Shown piece after piece: positions 29,928 through 38,978 of a stretch of DNA of 64,000 bases. Position 1 is the stretch's first letter, and every line of letters starts with the position of its first letter. Under the pieces are notes generated by a model. That model was given only the letters and a program-made list of their open reading frames with translations, searched no databases and had not been told where the DNA came from. The stretch covers positions 1 through 64,000 of IMG/VR virus record IMGVR_UViG_3300033075_000545; one strand, written 5' to 3'. The position numbers were made by a program, and so were the translations under genes. The DNA is from a virus. Lineage: Duplodnaviria; Caudoviricetes.

Positions 29928-30389
29928 ATGTTACCCGCACCGTTCGTCGCGCACATTCTGGGGATCATGCTCCAAGAATCCGCACAGGGATCGGCCGCGG
30001 CCATGCCGGGTGTAGTGCCGCGTACATGGCAGGTACCGCTTACGTTTCCCATTGGTACGGATATTCAGGATCCAGCCGGATTCATCACAGCGTGCGATCG
30101 AACAGAACTGAACTATGACTGCATTGAAGAATACCACGCAGGCACTGTAATTAACGGCGGTCGGATCGGTGTCGTGGGTGCGCTTAAGACCGCTATGGAT
30201 TACCAAGCGTGTTACGAGCGTGCTCTTCATGCTCGACACGCCTCTCCGGTCAGGTTGCGCGCATGGTCGTCCGCACGACGAACAGGGCATGGTGACAGTA
30301 CATTCGGCGTGTACGCTCAAATGATGGCTAGTCTCAACGCGTCGATTTCTGCGGCCCGCTCCGTCCCCAACATGCAGCCCAATGCCTAA
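29928..30389 (+). CDS. Hypothetical protein
   Basis: 153 aa ORF overlapping the wedge gene start. Confidence 0.5.
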   Translation: MLPAPFVAHILGIMLQESAQGSAAAMPGVVPRTWQVPLTFPIGTDIQDPAGFITACDRTELNYDCIEEYHAGTVINGGRIGVVGALKTAMDYQACYERALHARHASPVRLRAWSSARRTGHGDSTFGVYAQMMASLNASISAARSVPNMQPNA

Positions 30390-30798
30390 CACCGAGCTCC
30401 AACTGTTCAGCGGCTCCACGTACACACTTGATCTGAACTCATGGGCTCCAGACGGGGTTCGTGGGGCGGACAAAGTTGCGTCTCGTGTGGTTTACGCGCT
30501 CCTCACTCAACAAGGTTCGGTGCCCGGCCGTCCAACGGACGGATCTCCGTTTACCGACTTGGTGGCGCAATACCATAGCGAGTATGAAGTGTTCACCGCA
30601 TTCGCAGCGGCAGAAGCGGCTGTACTCGCAACGGTACGCGCTGCGGAATCCGCAGACGAAGCAGATTCCGAAAAAGTGGGTACTGTACGTCTAGCGTCCG
30701 TGGCGGTTAGTGGAACTGGGATTACGCTCACCTTGTCTGTAACCGCGAAGGACGGATCCTCCCCGTCTGCGGCCGTTGACTTCACTGTGGATCTGTAA
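30382..30798 (+). CDS. Baseplate wedge protein (gp25/GpW-like)
   Basis: KVASRVVYALLTQQGSVPGRPTDGS motif; precedes J-like gene. Confidence 0.65.
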   Translation: MPNTELQLFSGSTYTLDLNSWAPDGVRGADKVASRVVYALLTQQGSVPGRPTDGSPFTDLVAQYHSEYEVFTAFAAAEAAVLATVRAAESADEADSEKVGTVRLASVAVSGTGITLTLSVTAKDGSSPSAAVDFTVDL

Positions 30799-30800
30799 GC

Positions 30801-32414
30801 ATGGCAACTTTTGCAGAACTCGCCGGAGCAACCGACGCCGAGTTGGCTGAGGCTCGCACCGCAGTCTCAAACTACCTCGTGGCGAAGTTCCCTACGATTT
30901 CGGCCGTGAGCGGCCCAATCGCGGATCTCAACCTTGGCCCGTCTACGGACGCTCTTGCTGCAGTTGAGCATCGAGCCGCTCTTGTTGAATCGTCTTTAGA
31001 CCCAGCCGTTGGGTTGGCGTCGGGAAGTTACGATGCGGACGTCATGGCTGCGGCCCTCGCGGGATTGGGGGTAGTCCGGGGGGTCGCAGCCGTGGCAACA
31101 GGTACCGTTGCGTTGACGTTCACGACGTCAACACAACAAGCCGTAAATACCGGAGCTAGGTTTCACACAGCCGACGGTACTTACTACCGTACAACATCCG
31201 CCGTTCGATTCTTAAGTCCCGGTTCGACCGCGGTAAACGCTACAGACGTCGTGTTGGTTCAGGATCCGTCCAATCGATATGTTGGGGCTGTGCCTGTCAG
31301 TGCTGAAGATGCAGGAGCCGCAGGGAACCGAGTCGCAGGCGTTACACTGACTGTAGACACCACACTGTTGAATCTTTACTCTGCGGTTTTCGCTACAGAC
31401 GCTACAGGGGGTGCTGATGCAGAAACAGACGGAGAGCTCCTCGCACGACTCCCATCAGCGACCACTGCGCGCACTGCTGCCTCGTTTGCTGGTGCTGAAG
31501 GTACTGTGCGTAGTGCGTACGCGTTCTCAGATGTAAAGGTTATTGGGTACGGTCATGTGGGAATGTGTCGAGGACGTTCGGTACTGACAGGTCAAACACC
31601 CGGTCGTGTGGATGTTCGAGTACGTACCGCCACAGCTCCCACACGACAACGCGTGTCAGTAACGGCCACGTACATTGGGACGTATCTGGGGCAAACACAG
31701 TGGCGGTTCTCGTTAGCTATTGGAACGGCCCCAGGGTGGTTTGTGGTTGAGCGAGTTACGAAAGTCAACGCGAGCCTTACAACGGGTGGATACGCTCCGA
31801 CTGTTACACCTGGGTATGATCTTACTGGAGCAGATCCAGTACCCGACGTACGAAGTGTGCAGGACGCATTCCTATCTGAATATTGCACGGCGAGCGTAAC
31901 GTTTGTGGATCCTGATACGCCTGTTGGTAGTCTCGTGGTTAACGTATCCACCAAAGCGTACAACGCGTCCGTTCGTCAAATTCCAGGTATCGTAGCCGCA
32001 CAAACCGCTGTGGACGAGGACTCAGCACGGGCCGTCGGTGGTGATTGTTTAGTCCGCGGCGCGACGCCCGTGATGGTTGCGGTAACTGCTGTGGCCAGAG
32101 TACCTGCTTCAGTCACGTTAACTACCGCAGAACTCGCAAACGCCGTCGCCCGCGCGATAAACGAAACTTCCATTAATTCCACGCTGTACGGTTCTGTTGT
32201 CGGATCAAACGCGTTACTATATTTACCATCAGGCACAACACTACAGCTTTCGGGGTGGTCGGGAACCGTGTACAAGGGTAACGGGACAACCTCGTCGGTG
32301 TCAGGGACCTCGGATCTGGCGGTATCCACGGATTGGGTAAATGGTGTAGGTTCGGACGCTGTTGCGTTCTATTGTGACGATGCATCCGTTACTGCAACAG
32401 TAACAACCCTTTGA
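30801..32414 (+). CDS. Baseplate J-like protein
   Basis: ATGTVALTF, AEDAGAAGN, TGGADAETDGELLAR, GRVDVRV motifs. Confidence 0.75.
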   Translation: MATFAELAGATDAELAEARTAVSNYLVAKFPTISAVSGPIADLNLGPSTDALAAVEHRAALVESSLDPAVGLASGSYDADVMAAALAGLGVVRGVAAVATGTVALTFTTSTQQAVNTGARFHTADGTYYRTTSAVRFLSPGSTAVNATDVVLVQDPSNRYVGAVPVSAEDAGAAGNRVAGVTLTVDTTLLNLYSAVFATDATGGADAETDGELLARLPSATTARTAASFAGAEGTVRSAYAFSDVKVIGYGHVGMCRGRSVLTGQTPGRVDVRVRTATAPTRQRVSVTATYIGTYLGQTQWRFSLAIGTAPGWFVVERVTKVNASLTTGGYAPTVTPGYDLTGADPVPDVRSVQDAFLSEYCTASVTFVDPDTPVGSLVVNVSTKAYNASVRQIPGIVAAQTAVDEDSARAVGGDCLVRGATPVMVAVTAVARVPASVTLTTAELANAVARAINETSINSTLYGSVVGSNALLYLPSGTTLQLSGWSGTVYKGNGTTSSVSGTSDLAVSTDWVNGVGSDAVAFYCDDASVTATVTTL

Positions 32415-32427
32415 GAAAGGTAATTTC

Positions 32428-33237
32428 GTGGCTTTCAAAAATCTTGCACTGGCAGGGTGGCTGCTGTCCCTATCCACCCTGATTGGGTTTGCGAACGACG
32501 GACCTTTCGATCTTCCTGTAGCTCCGATCGTTACGCCGCCCGCTCCGAAGGTGTCCGAAGCTGTTGCCGGTGATCAACTCTGGGTCGTCAACGGTAAGAC
32601 AGATGCGGTTGTTCGAGACCACCCGAAAGGTCTCGTGAAGATTACCAAGGAAAATGGTCCGCTCCGTATCCGTGGGAAGTTTGCAGGTGGCACGCAGGTC
32701 GAGACCAAAACATTCCCTGGACCGTTCGTATTCATTGTGGAAGCTGTTCCGGGGGTGTCCGGAAAAGTCGACATCGACATCATTCCGCTCGGGTTCAAAG
32801 CTGAAACAGAAATTATCAGCCGGACCCTCAGCGTTAACAGTGGTACAGACCCTCCGCCGATAATCCCTCCGGTCACACCCACAGACCCACTCGTCGCCCT
32901 GTTTCAGACCGCTATTGACGGCGATCCCGATAGTGTTACAGCCAAGGATGGTACGGTTTATACGCGGTTGCAGTACGCGTCCAAGTTGGCCGCGCTGTAT
33001 GAGGGGGCTGCAAAGATTACCGTACCGACTGTGAAGACGTACGGAGAACTATTTGCAGATCTGAAGGCAGCGGCTGTGTTTCCTGAAACCACTATGCCGA
33101 AACTCAAGATCGCCGTAGGTACGTATCTTGACAGCAAGCTCGCCCCGACCACAAACAAAGCCATCGACAAAGCCGCGTGCGTCGCCGAGTTCAATAAGGT
33201 TGCTGCCACTCTCAAATCCTTGAAGGAGACAAAATAA
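32428..33237 (+). CDS. Exported protein with Pro-rich linker
   Basis: N-terminal signal peptide; DPPPIIPPVTPTDP linker; coupled (TAATG) to the protease gene. Confidence 0.6.
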   Translation: MAFKNLALAGWLLSLSTLIGFANDGPFDLPVAPIVTPPAPKVSEAVAGDQLWVVNGKTDAVVRDHPKGLVKITKENGPLRIRGKFAGGTQVETKTFPGPFVFIVEAVPGVSGKVDIDIIPLGFKAETEIISRTLSVNSGTDPPPIIPPVTPTDPLVALFQTAIDGDPDSVTAKDGTVYTRLQYASKLAALYEGAAKITVPTVKTYGELFADLKAAAVFPETTMPKLKIAVGTYLDSKLAPTTNKAIDKAACVAEFNKVAATLKSLKETK

Positions 33238-35462
33238 TGGCAGGTCCCACAGGCTTCATTGAGCCGGCAGATCGTACCCCCGCACAAGAGGCAGCGCACA
33301 ACGACGCCCTCTCGCGGATGGTGATGTTTTCGTTGCCGCCAGTTGTGACGGCCGGTCCGGTCAAGGTACTGTTGACTGACTTCCTGAAAGATCCAGATGT
33401 CGTTGCGGATATTGGCCGTGAGTTTGATGGCTTCCGGCAACTCACCGGGAGTTGCTTCCCTGCGGGAACGCCTGTTCGTATGGTCGACGGTACTGAGAAG
33501 TCTATTGAAAACGTTAAAGTCGATGATCGTGTGGTTACGCATGAAGGTCGTGCGCGGCGCGTAGTTGACACCATGCGGCGAGAATACACGGGTGAGATGG
33601 TTACGCTACATGTCAGCGGGTTCCCATTCCCAGTTGAGTCTACGGCAGACCATCAATTTGCCGTGTCGGTTGGCGGCGAAATTGAATGGAAGCCTGCAGG
33701 GGACATTCAGGAGGGCGACAAGGTTTTGATTGGTTGGAGCCAAACGTTTGCGTCTCCGAAGCCTTTGGACACTGCAGAGCTGCTTGGCGACGGCTGTATC
33801 ATTCTCGACGAACTAATGAAAGACGAGGCTTACACCAAGGGTAACGAACCCGATGTCCCGAACAGTAACATTAGTTCGGCACGTTATATGGTCAAACGGA
33901 GCGGGATTGATTGGCGTGGTCGCGTCCGATTACATAAGTCCCGGGTCGAGAATTCGATTTTTCGTAACGTCCCTATCTGTCCGTCATTCGGACGTTTGCT
34001 TGGCTTGTACCTGGCCGAAGGAGGGTGTCACGAAGGTCGTGTGACCTTTACGTTCCATATGAAAGAACGCGATACCCTGGCTGCGGAAGTATTGGCGCTT
34101 GTTCGTGGATTGTTCGGTGTTGAAGGTGAGCTTGAAATTCAGGAAGCGCATCCAAATCGTTGCGGAGTACGGTTTTCGAACCAAAATCTTGCAACAGTGC
34201 TGAAAGAGCTTGTTCCGGGTAACATCTATACAAAACGCGTCCCGGCCATCATTTTCGGAGCACCAGAGGAAGTACGTTTAGCTGTACTCCTCGGGTGGAT
34301 GGCTGGCGATGGTTACGTAGGCGTTAAAGGTGGAAGGCAACCAGGCAATATTCGGCTAACTGGCGTCTCTGTGTGTGCGGATCTCGCACGCGACATGACT
34401 ACATTAGCACTGTCTTGCGGCCTACGTGCTACGGCCGGACTTCGCAAAGCAAGAGGCGCGTCAAAGGTGTCTTATAGCGTTGATCTGGCAGGCAAAAAAG
34501 CTGTCAGCTTATTCCCTGCCGTCGCGCATCGAGCAACGGGTCCGACGTTTCGTGACAACGATGTGCTTCGAACAGCGAATGGGTACGCACGTAAGGTTCG
34601 AAAGATTACTTACCGAACCGTGGAGCACGTCTCTGTGTACGACTTTGAGGTGGAAGAAGATCACTCTTTCATCGCAGGCGGTCTAGTTGTACATAACTGT
34701 GTTGGCGCTGCGACAGGTAACGCATTGACCGTGCTCAGCGCCGTGCAGCGGAAGATCGCAGACAACCCCACCCAAGCCTTCGTAAATTTTTGGCCGTACG
34801 CATACGGACGTACGCGGTTTAATCAGGGCGACCGTAACCCTGGCGAGGGTGCAGTATCGTCGGTTATGGCAACAACGCTCGGTAACGACGGCGTTCTCGG
34901 TACCCACGAGCCGGGACTCCCAACGTTTACCCATGACGACGGTTACACGCTGACCAAGGCCATTGAAATGCAATGGTCCGATGGCGATTCCCCTACCGTT
35001 ACTCGGTGGTTGGACGCAGGACGGAAGCATACCGTTGGTAGTCGCGGACCCGTCTACACGGCGGAAGACGTGAAAACGGCTATCCTCAATGGTTACCCAG
35101 TACTCAACGGATGTGCGTATTTCGTCGACAACGGCAGCATTCGCGGAAGCGGCGATTCTGCCTATGTCCGCGGACGGTACGACTCGCGGGGTGGTCACGA
35201 AACAGGGTGGTTCGGGTATTGGGATCACCCGGATGACGGGCCGCTGTACCTGTATTGGAACCAATGGACGGCGTCGACGTACGGTAAGGATCCGGCTGGC
35301 GGTCCTCGATGTTCCGTGTGGGTGCCCGAATCCGAAGTTACTCGGATGATGAAAGCTGGATTTGGTGGAATCGTCCGTGGCGAAGCCTTTGCGATTTCGA
35401 ATCTCTCATGGTTTCCGGCACAGGCTGACAAAATCTTGAGCTTCACACAAGTGGGTGCGTAA
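33237..35462 (+). CDS. Papain-like (C1-type) cysteine protease containing an intein
   Basis: Spliced extein of 326 aa: RQLTGS|CVG catalytic Cys, GGHE His, YWNQW Asn. Confidence 0.8.
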   Translation: MAGPTGFIEPADRTPAQEAAHNDALSRMVMFSLPPVVTAGPVKVLLTDFLKDPDVVADIGREFDGFRQLTGSCFPAGTPVRMVDGTEKSIENVKVDDRVVTHEGRARRVVDTMRREYTGEMVTLHVSGFPFPVESTADHQFAVSVGGEIEWKPAGDIQEGDKVLIGWSQTFASPKPLDTAELLGDGCIILDELMKDEAYTKGNEPDVPNSNISSARYMVKRSGIDWRGRVRLHKSRVENSIFRNVPICPSFGRLLGLYLAEGGCHEGRVTFTFHMKERDTLAAEVLALVRGLFGVEGELEIQEAHPNRCGVRFSNQNLATVLKELVPGNIYTKRVPAIIFGAPEEVRLAVLLGWMAGDGYVGVKGGRQPGNIRLTGVSVCADLARDMTTLALSCGLRATAGLRKARGASKVSYSVDLAGKKAVSLFPAVAHRATGPTFRDNDVLRTANGYARKVRKITYRTVEHVSVYDFEVEEDHSFIAGGLVVHNCVGAATGNALTVLSAVQRKIADNPTQAFVNFWPYAYGRTRFNQGDRNPGEGAVSSVMATTLGNDGVLGTHEPGLPTFTHDDGYTLTKAIEMQWSDGDSPTVTRWLDAGRKHTVGSRGPVYTAEDVKTAILNGYPVLNGCAYFVDNGSIRGSGDSAYVRGRYDSRGGHETGWFGYWDHPDDGPLYLYWNQWTASTYGKDPAGGPRCSVWVPESEVTRMMKAGFGGIVRGEAFAISNLSWFPAQADKILSFTQVGA
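33453..34697 (+). mobile_element. Intein with LAGLIDADG homing endonuclease (415 aa)
   Basis: Starts CFPAGT; block B STADH; LLGLYLAEG and LLGWMAGDG; ends VYDFEV..VVHN|C. Confidence 0.9.
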
Positions 35463-36007
35463 TGCGTTCCCTGCTCCTATTATTCCTGTTGTCGTCACCC
35501 GCGTTGGCCTCCGACGCGGACGACGCTGAAGCCGCATTGCGATTAGCCGCGGCGCGGCGTGCAACACCATCGCCTAAGATTTCTCCTCCACCGAAGGAAG
35601 TCGAGTCCAAGCCATACAGCTACAAGGAGACAACGCGTCGAGTGCTCCTGGGACAGCGAGTGTCACTTGCTGTAGGTGTACCTGATCTGGATGCAGACGG
35701 TTACGTTGGCAGTCTGCCCGGCATTGCTCCGGGAGTTTACGATTGCTTTCTTAACGGCGAGTCGCCGATGATGACGCTTCGACCCGCTAAAGTGTTACCA
35801 ACTTCGAAAGTTGAGGTACCCCAGTCCCCAAAAGTCGAACTCCCGGTCACCACGAAGGGCACAGTTGTCCACGGTGTGGACACACTTCTGCGCCGGGGAC
35901 CGGGACTTGGATCGTTCGCGGTTACGCCCCAAATGGGGAACACTACCATGAATGTCCCGTGGACGGGACACGGTGGTCACATTGACAACTGTCCCCCAAG
36001 TGGGTGA
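35462..36007 (+). CDS. Exported protein
   Basis: Signal peptide MRSLLLLFLLSSPALA; coupled to the protease stop. Confidence 0.6.
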   Translation: MRSLLLLFLLSSPALASDADDAEAALRLAAARRATPSPKISPPPKEVESKPYSYKETTRRVLLGQRVSLAVGVPDLDADGYVGSLPGIAPGVYDCFLNGESPMMTLRPAKVLPTSKVEVPQSPKVELPVTTKGTVVHGVDTLLRRGPGLGSFAVTPQMGNTTMNVPWTGHGGHIDNCPPSG

Positions 36008-36070
36008 CGTATAAAGTAGTGGCCCGGTCGGGCCGCTCGGTTCGGTTAGCTAACTCCTTGGAGAGATTTG

Positions 36071-36409
36071 ATGCGTTACACGATTTCCGCCGCGGCTCTA
36101 CTGATTGTCACCAACGTCTCGTTTGGGCAATGTGCAAACGGGCGGTGTCAACTCCCGATGCGGACGGTAACAAAATCCTCAACGTCCTCGTGGCAGTTGT
36201 TGACGCCCGCACCGCAAACGGTTCCAGCACCCAAGACTGTGACCATCCCGAAAGCGACCGTTACGGTTCCTATGCCAATGCCTGGGCCCACCACGGTAAC
36301 CCGGGTACAGACTACAACGGTCAAGAAGACTGTGATCGTGAAGGAAGCCCCGCGTCTGGGCTTTGTTGATCGCCTCAAGGCCCGCGTCCAACTGTGGGCC
36401 AGTCGATAA
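36071..36409 (+). CDS. Exported Thr/Val/Pro-rich small protein
   Basis: Signal peptide followed by QCANGRC; GGAG RBS. Confidence 0.55.
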   Translation: MRYTISAAALLIVTNVSFGQCANGRCQLPMRTVTKSSTSSWQLLTPAPQTVPAPKTVTIPKATVTVPMPMPGPTTVTRVQTTTVKKTVIVKEAPRLGFVDRLKARVQLWASR

Positions 36410-36439
36410 CTACCTACTCCATCCTTGAAAGGTTGTGCT

Positions 36440-36817
36440 ATGAATCTCAAGTCCACACTCTTGGCTGTCATCGATCTGGTGTCGAACACCGCGGGTCCTG
36501 CGGCTAAGGCCGTCTTGGTGTTGGCTCGATGGGCCGTGACTTGGTTTGTGCCGGACAACGCATCGGTCGGCGATAGTACGCTGATGAACGCCGCTCCTGA
36601 GACTGCGAAGGAGATCGTTGAGAAGATCTTCGATCTCGCTGCGTCTTACGTCTCCAGCGACTTCCTCAAGTCGACGCTGACCACGGCGAAGAACCTGATC
36701 CTCAACTACGCTCTCGACTACGTGTGGGATAACATCTTCTCCCCGACCCCGGTTGCCAACGTGATTCCCGGTGAGGTGAAGATCACCGACGACCACGTTG
36801 CCGAGATCTGCAAGTAA
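36440..36817 (+). CDS. Amphipathic small protein (possibly membrane-associated)
   Basis: AAGG RBS; strongly biased codons; helical sequence. Confidence 0.55.
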   Translation: MNLKSTLLAVIDLVSNTAGPAAKAVLVLARWAVTWFVPDNASVGDSTLMNAAPETAKEIVEKIFDLAASYVSSDFLKSTLTTAKNLILNYALDYVWDNIFSPTPVANVIPGEVKITDDHVAEICK

Positions 36818-36820
36818 ACC

Positions 36821-37966
36821 ATGCCAAGCGCGTCCGACGTCTGTGGTAGTTTCTGGGGAACCGCGATCCTATCGGAGTTCGCGGACGCGTACGTATCAGC
36901 TAGTCGGGCATGCTTGGAGCACGCTACCAAGTATTCGCCCGGCTTCATTCGTGGTTGGACACTTCTCAGTACGGACCTGACGCTTGGGAGCGCCAATGGG
37001 CGTCCGACGTATGGGTATCCGCTTCCCCTCAACATCCCAACGATTGTCGCAGCCGATTTAGTTGGTGGTCGCGTTTTGATCCGGGATATCGATTTTTCCA
37101 TATCCAACAACACCATCTGGTTTAATGACGACCCTCTACTGTCGTGGGCCACAGTGAAGCGGTTCCAGTGGGTCTCTGGATCCCCAGTGTCTGCTGCGGA
37201 TCTCATCTACGTTGCAACAGATGACGCTGTTGAACCAAATACAGAATCCACGTACGAATCACTCATCAATGCAATCGTTACGTCCTGCGACTCCCCCGCA
37301 TCTGTTGGAGGCGAAACCGTAACGGATGTCTGGGCTGACGCTGATGGTACGTACCGTGTTATTACGGACAAGAGCGCGTATCTTCTGCCGTCCAGCGATA
37401 CTCCGTCGGTAGCCGTTGGTGCGGCGCTGAAAAAAGGTCAGCCTATTGGTTCCGCATGGATCCTAACGAAGCTTGGACCAGCCCTTCCTGATCTGAGTTA
37501 TCTAACCGTGCCAGCGGACTACCACCAGGGTGTAACGTCAGGCGGAGTGACGTGGTACAACGGCACGCGCAACCTCGTTGTGGATACAGTATCCTCTCGC
37601 ACTCGCGTTCGGTGGCCTTTAGGGGCTTCTGGCGGGGACTTCACGGCGTTCTGGACGGAGTCACACACAACGGGGATTGCGGGTTCTGTGAAGTCACTGG
37701 CGCAGGCTATGGACGTTCGAGCAAATCCTGTTGGCGATCCAGACGCAACAAGCCTTCCCACGACGGTAAACCCGCTACAGTTTGTTTGTCAGGAACTGTT
37801 CCAGGGCAACGCGTACTTGCTGATCGTCAATTCCGCCAAACTAGGTCCGAAGGCTACGTCTACTGCCGACCGTCAAGCTGCAACGGCCAAGGCAGTGGGG
37901 CCGTATGCAACCGTATTCGATTACACAGACACCATGCCATCAATCCCCGAGATCACGCCCACCTGA
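36821..37966 (+). CDS. Putative baseplate/tail protein
   Basis: 381 aa Thr/Gly/Val-rich; YRVITDK..Y..P..VAVG motif. Confidence 0.5.
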   Translation: MPSASDVCGSFWGTAILSEFADAYVSASRACLEHATKYSPGFIRGWTLLSTDLTLGSANGRPTYGYPLPLNIPTIVAADLVGGRVLIRDIDFSISNNTIWFNDDPLLSWATVKRFQWVSGSPVSAADLIYVATDDAVEPNTESTYESLINAIVTSCDSPASVGGETVTDVWADADGTYRVITDKSAYLLPSSDTPSVAVGAALKKGQPIGSAWILTKLGPALPDLSYLTVPADYHQGVTSGGVTWYNGTRNLVVDTVSSRTRVRWPLGASGGDFTAFWTESHTTGIAGSVKSLAQAMDVRANPVGDPDATSLPTTVNPLQFVCQELFQGNAYLLIVNSAKLGPKATSTADRQAATAKAVGPYATVFDYTDTMPSIPEITPT

Positions 37967-37968
37967 AT

Positions 37969-38193
37969 ATGAACGGAACAGACTGCATCATTCGCGCCAT
38001 CAAAAGCCACATTCCCGGCTCTCGTACTGAAGTTGCAGTCGAGAACGGAAAATACGTTGTGACCGTGACCAGCTCGAAGTTTGCGTCCCACTCACGATCC
38101 GACAACGAGGCACACGTTTACGGCGCTTTTGGGTCGCTCCCCTTACACCTGCTCGCTAAGATCATACAAATCAAAACAGTCGCACCCCGCTGA
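37969..38193 (+). CDS. BolA-like protein
   Basis: 74 aa from ATG 37969: AIKSHIPGSRTEV..YVVTVTSSKFASHSR..VYGAFG..IKTVAP matches the BolA pattern. Confidence 0.6.
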   Translation: MNGTDCIIRAIKSHIPGSRTEVAVENGKYVVTVTSSKFASHSRSDNEAHVYGAFGSLPLHLLAKIIQIKTVAPR

Positions 38194-38210
38194 AGCTTAG
38201 ACGGTGATAA

Positions 38211-38978
38211 ATGGCCGATCCGTGCGAAGATGTATGTCCGCCGGATGGTTGGCGGATGACCCCCGAATGGGTCAAAGGTACCGTCACATCTGTCGAGTGT
38301 TTTACTGGAACAGGAAGCGGAACGGGGACTGGTACAGGCTCCGACTGCTCGACACTGTTCCCAAACGAAGAATCACAACCTGACGGTCTAGATCCCGAGG
38401 TGGTGTACGACATTGGTCCGTGCGATGGATACGGAAACCAAATTATTACGTACGCCAAACTCCGAATTGTCTGTGATGCCTTGGCGCAAATTCCTCGGCT
38501 TCAAACTTACGACCTACGCAACGAACTTCAGTGTTGCACCCCGTGTGGAACGGGCACAGGTACAGGCACAGGTACAAGCACAGGTACAGGTATAGGCACG
38601 GAAACCGTGCCTGTGCCATCGTGTTGCGACGATACGATACCCGATGACATTTATATTATTTTCACTGCGGTTGGTGGATGTACGAACGCCGAAGATTTGG
38701 TCATTCACCTGGTGCGCGTTGGCGTTACGACAGTGTGGTCATATGCCGACAGCACTGGTGGGGCGGGGGGATGTACATTCATTACGCTAGCTTCGTTCAA
38801 TTGCGATGACGGTTCTCTACATGTCGTATTTGGCGCAGACAACGGTATGCTTGGTACACCAGTCACATACGAATGTGAGCCTCTTTTAGCAGTATACACG
38901 CTGACACCCATATCAGTTGAAGACACGACCTGTTGTATCGAAACAATTACCGTTGTGGTCTCGGAGACGCCGCCGTGA
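38211..38978 (+). CDS. Cys-rich acidic protein with Thr-Gly repeats (putative appendage/fibre tip)
   Basis: Several CC pairs; GTGSGTGTGTG and GTGTGTGTGTSTGTG tracts (ACAGGY hexamer repeats near 38551-38600). Confidence 0.6.
   Translation: MADPCEDVCPPDGWRMTPEWVKGTVTSVECFTGTGSGTGTGTGSDCSTLFPNEESQPDGLDPEVVYDIGPCDGYGNQIITYAKLRIVCDALAQIPRLQTYDLRNELQCCTPCGTGTGTGTGTSTGTGIGTETVPVPSCCDDTIPDDIYIIFTAVGGCTNAEDLVIHLVRVGVTTVWSYADSTGGAGGCTFITLASFNCDDGSLHVVFGADNGMLGTPVTYECEPLLAVYTLTPISVEDTTCCIETITVVVSETPP

Noticed and set aside
15861-32414. Extracellular contractile injection system or T6SS
   Set aside because: Capsid, neck, terminase and DNA metabolism genes are present, so a myovirus-type phage is the simpler reading
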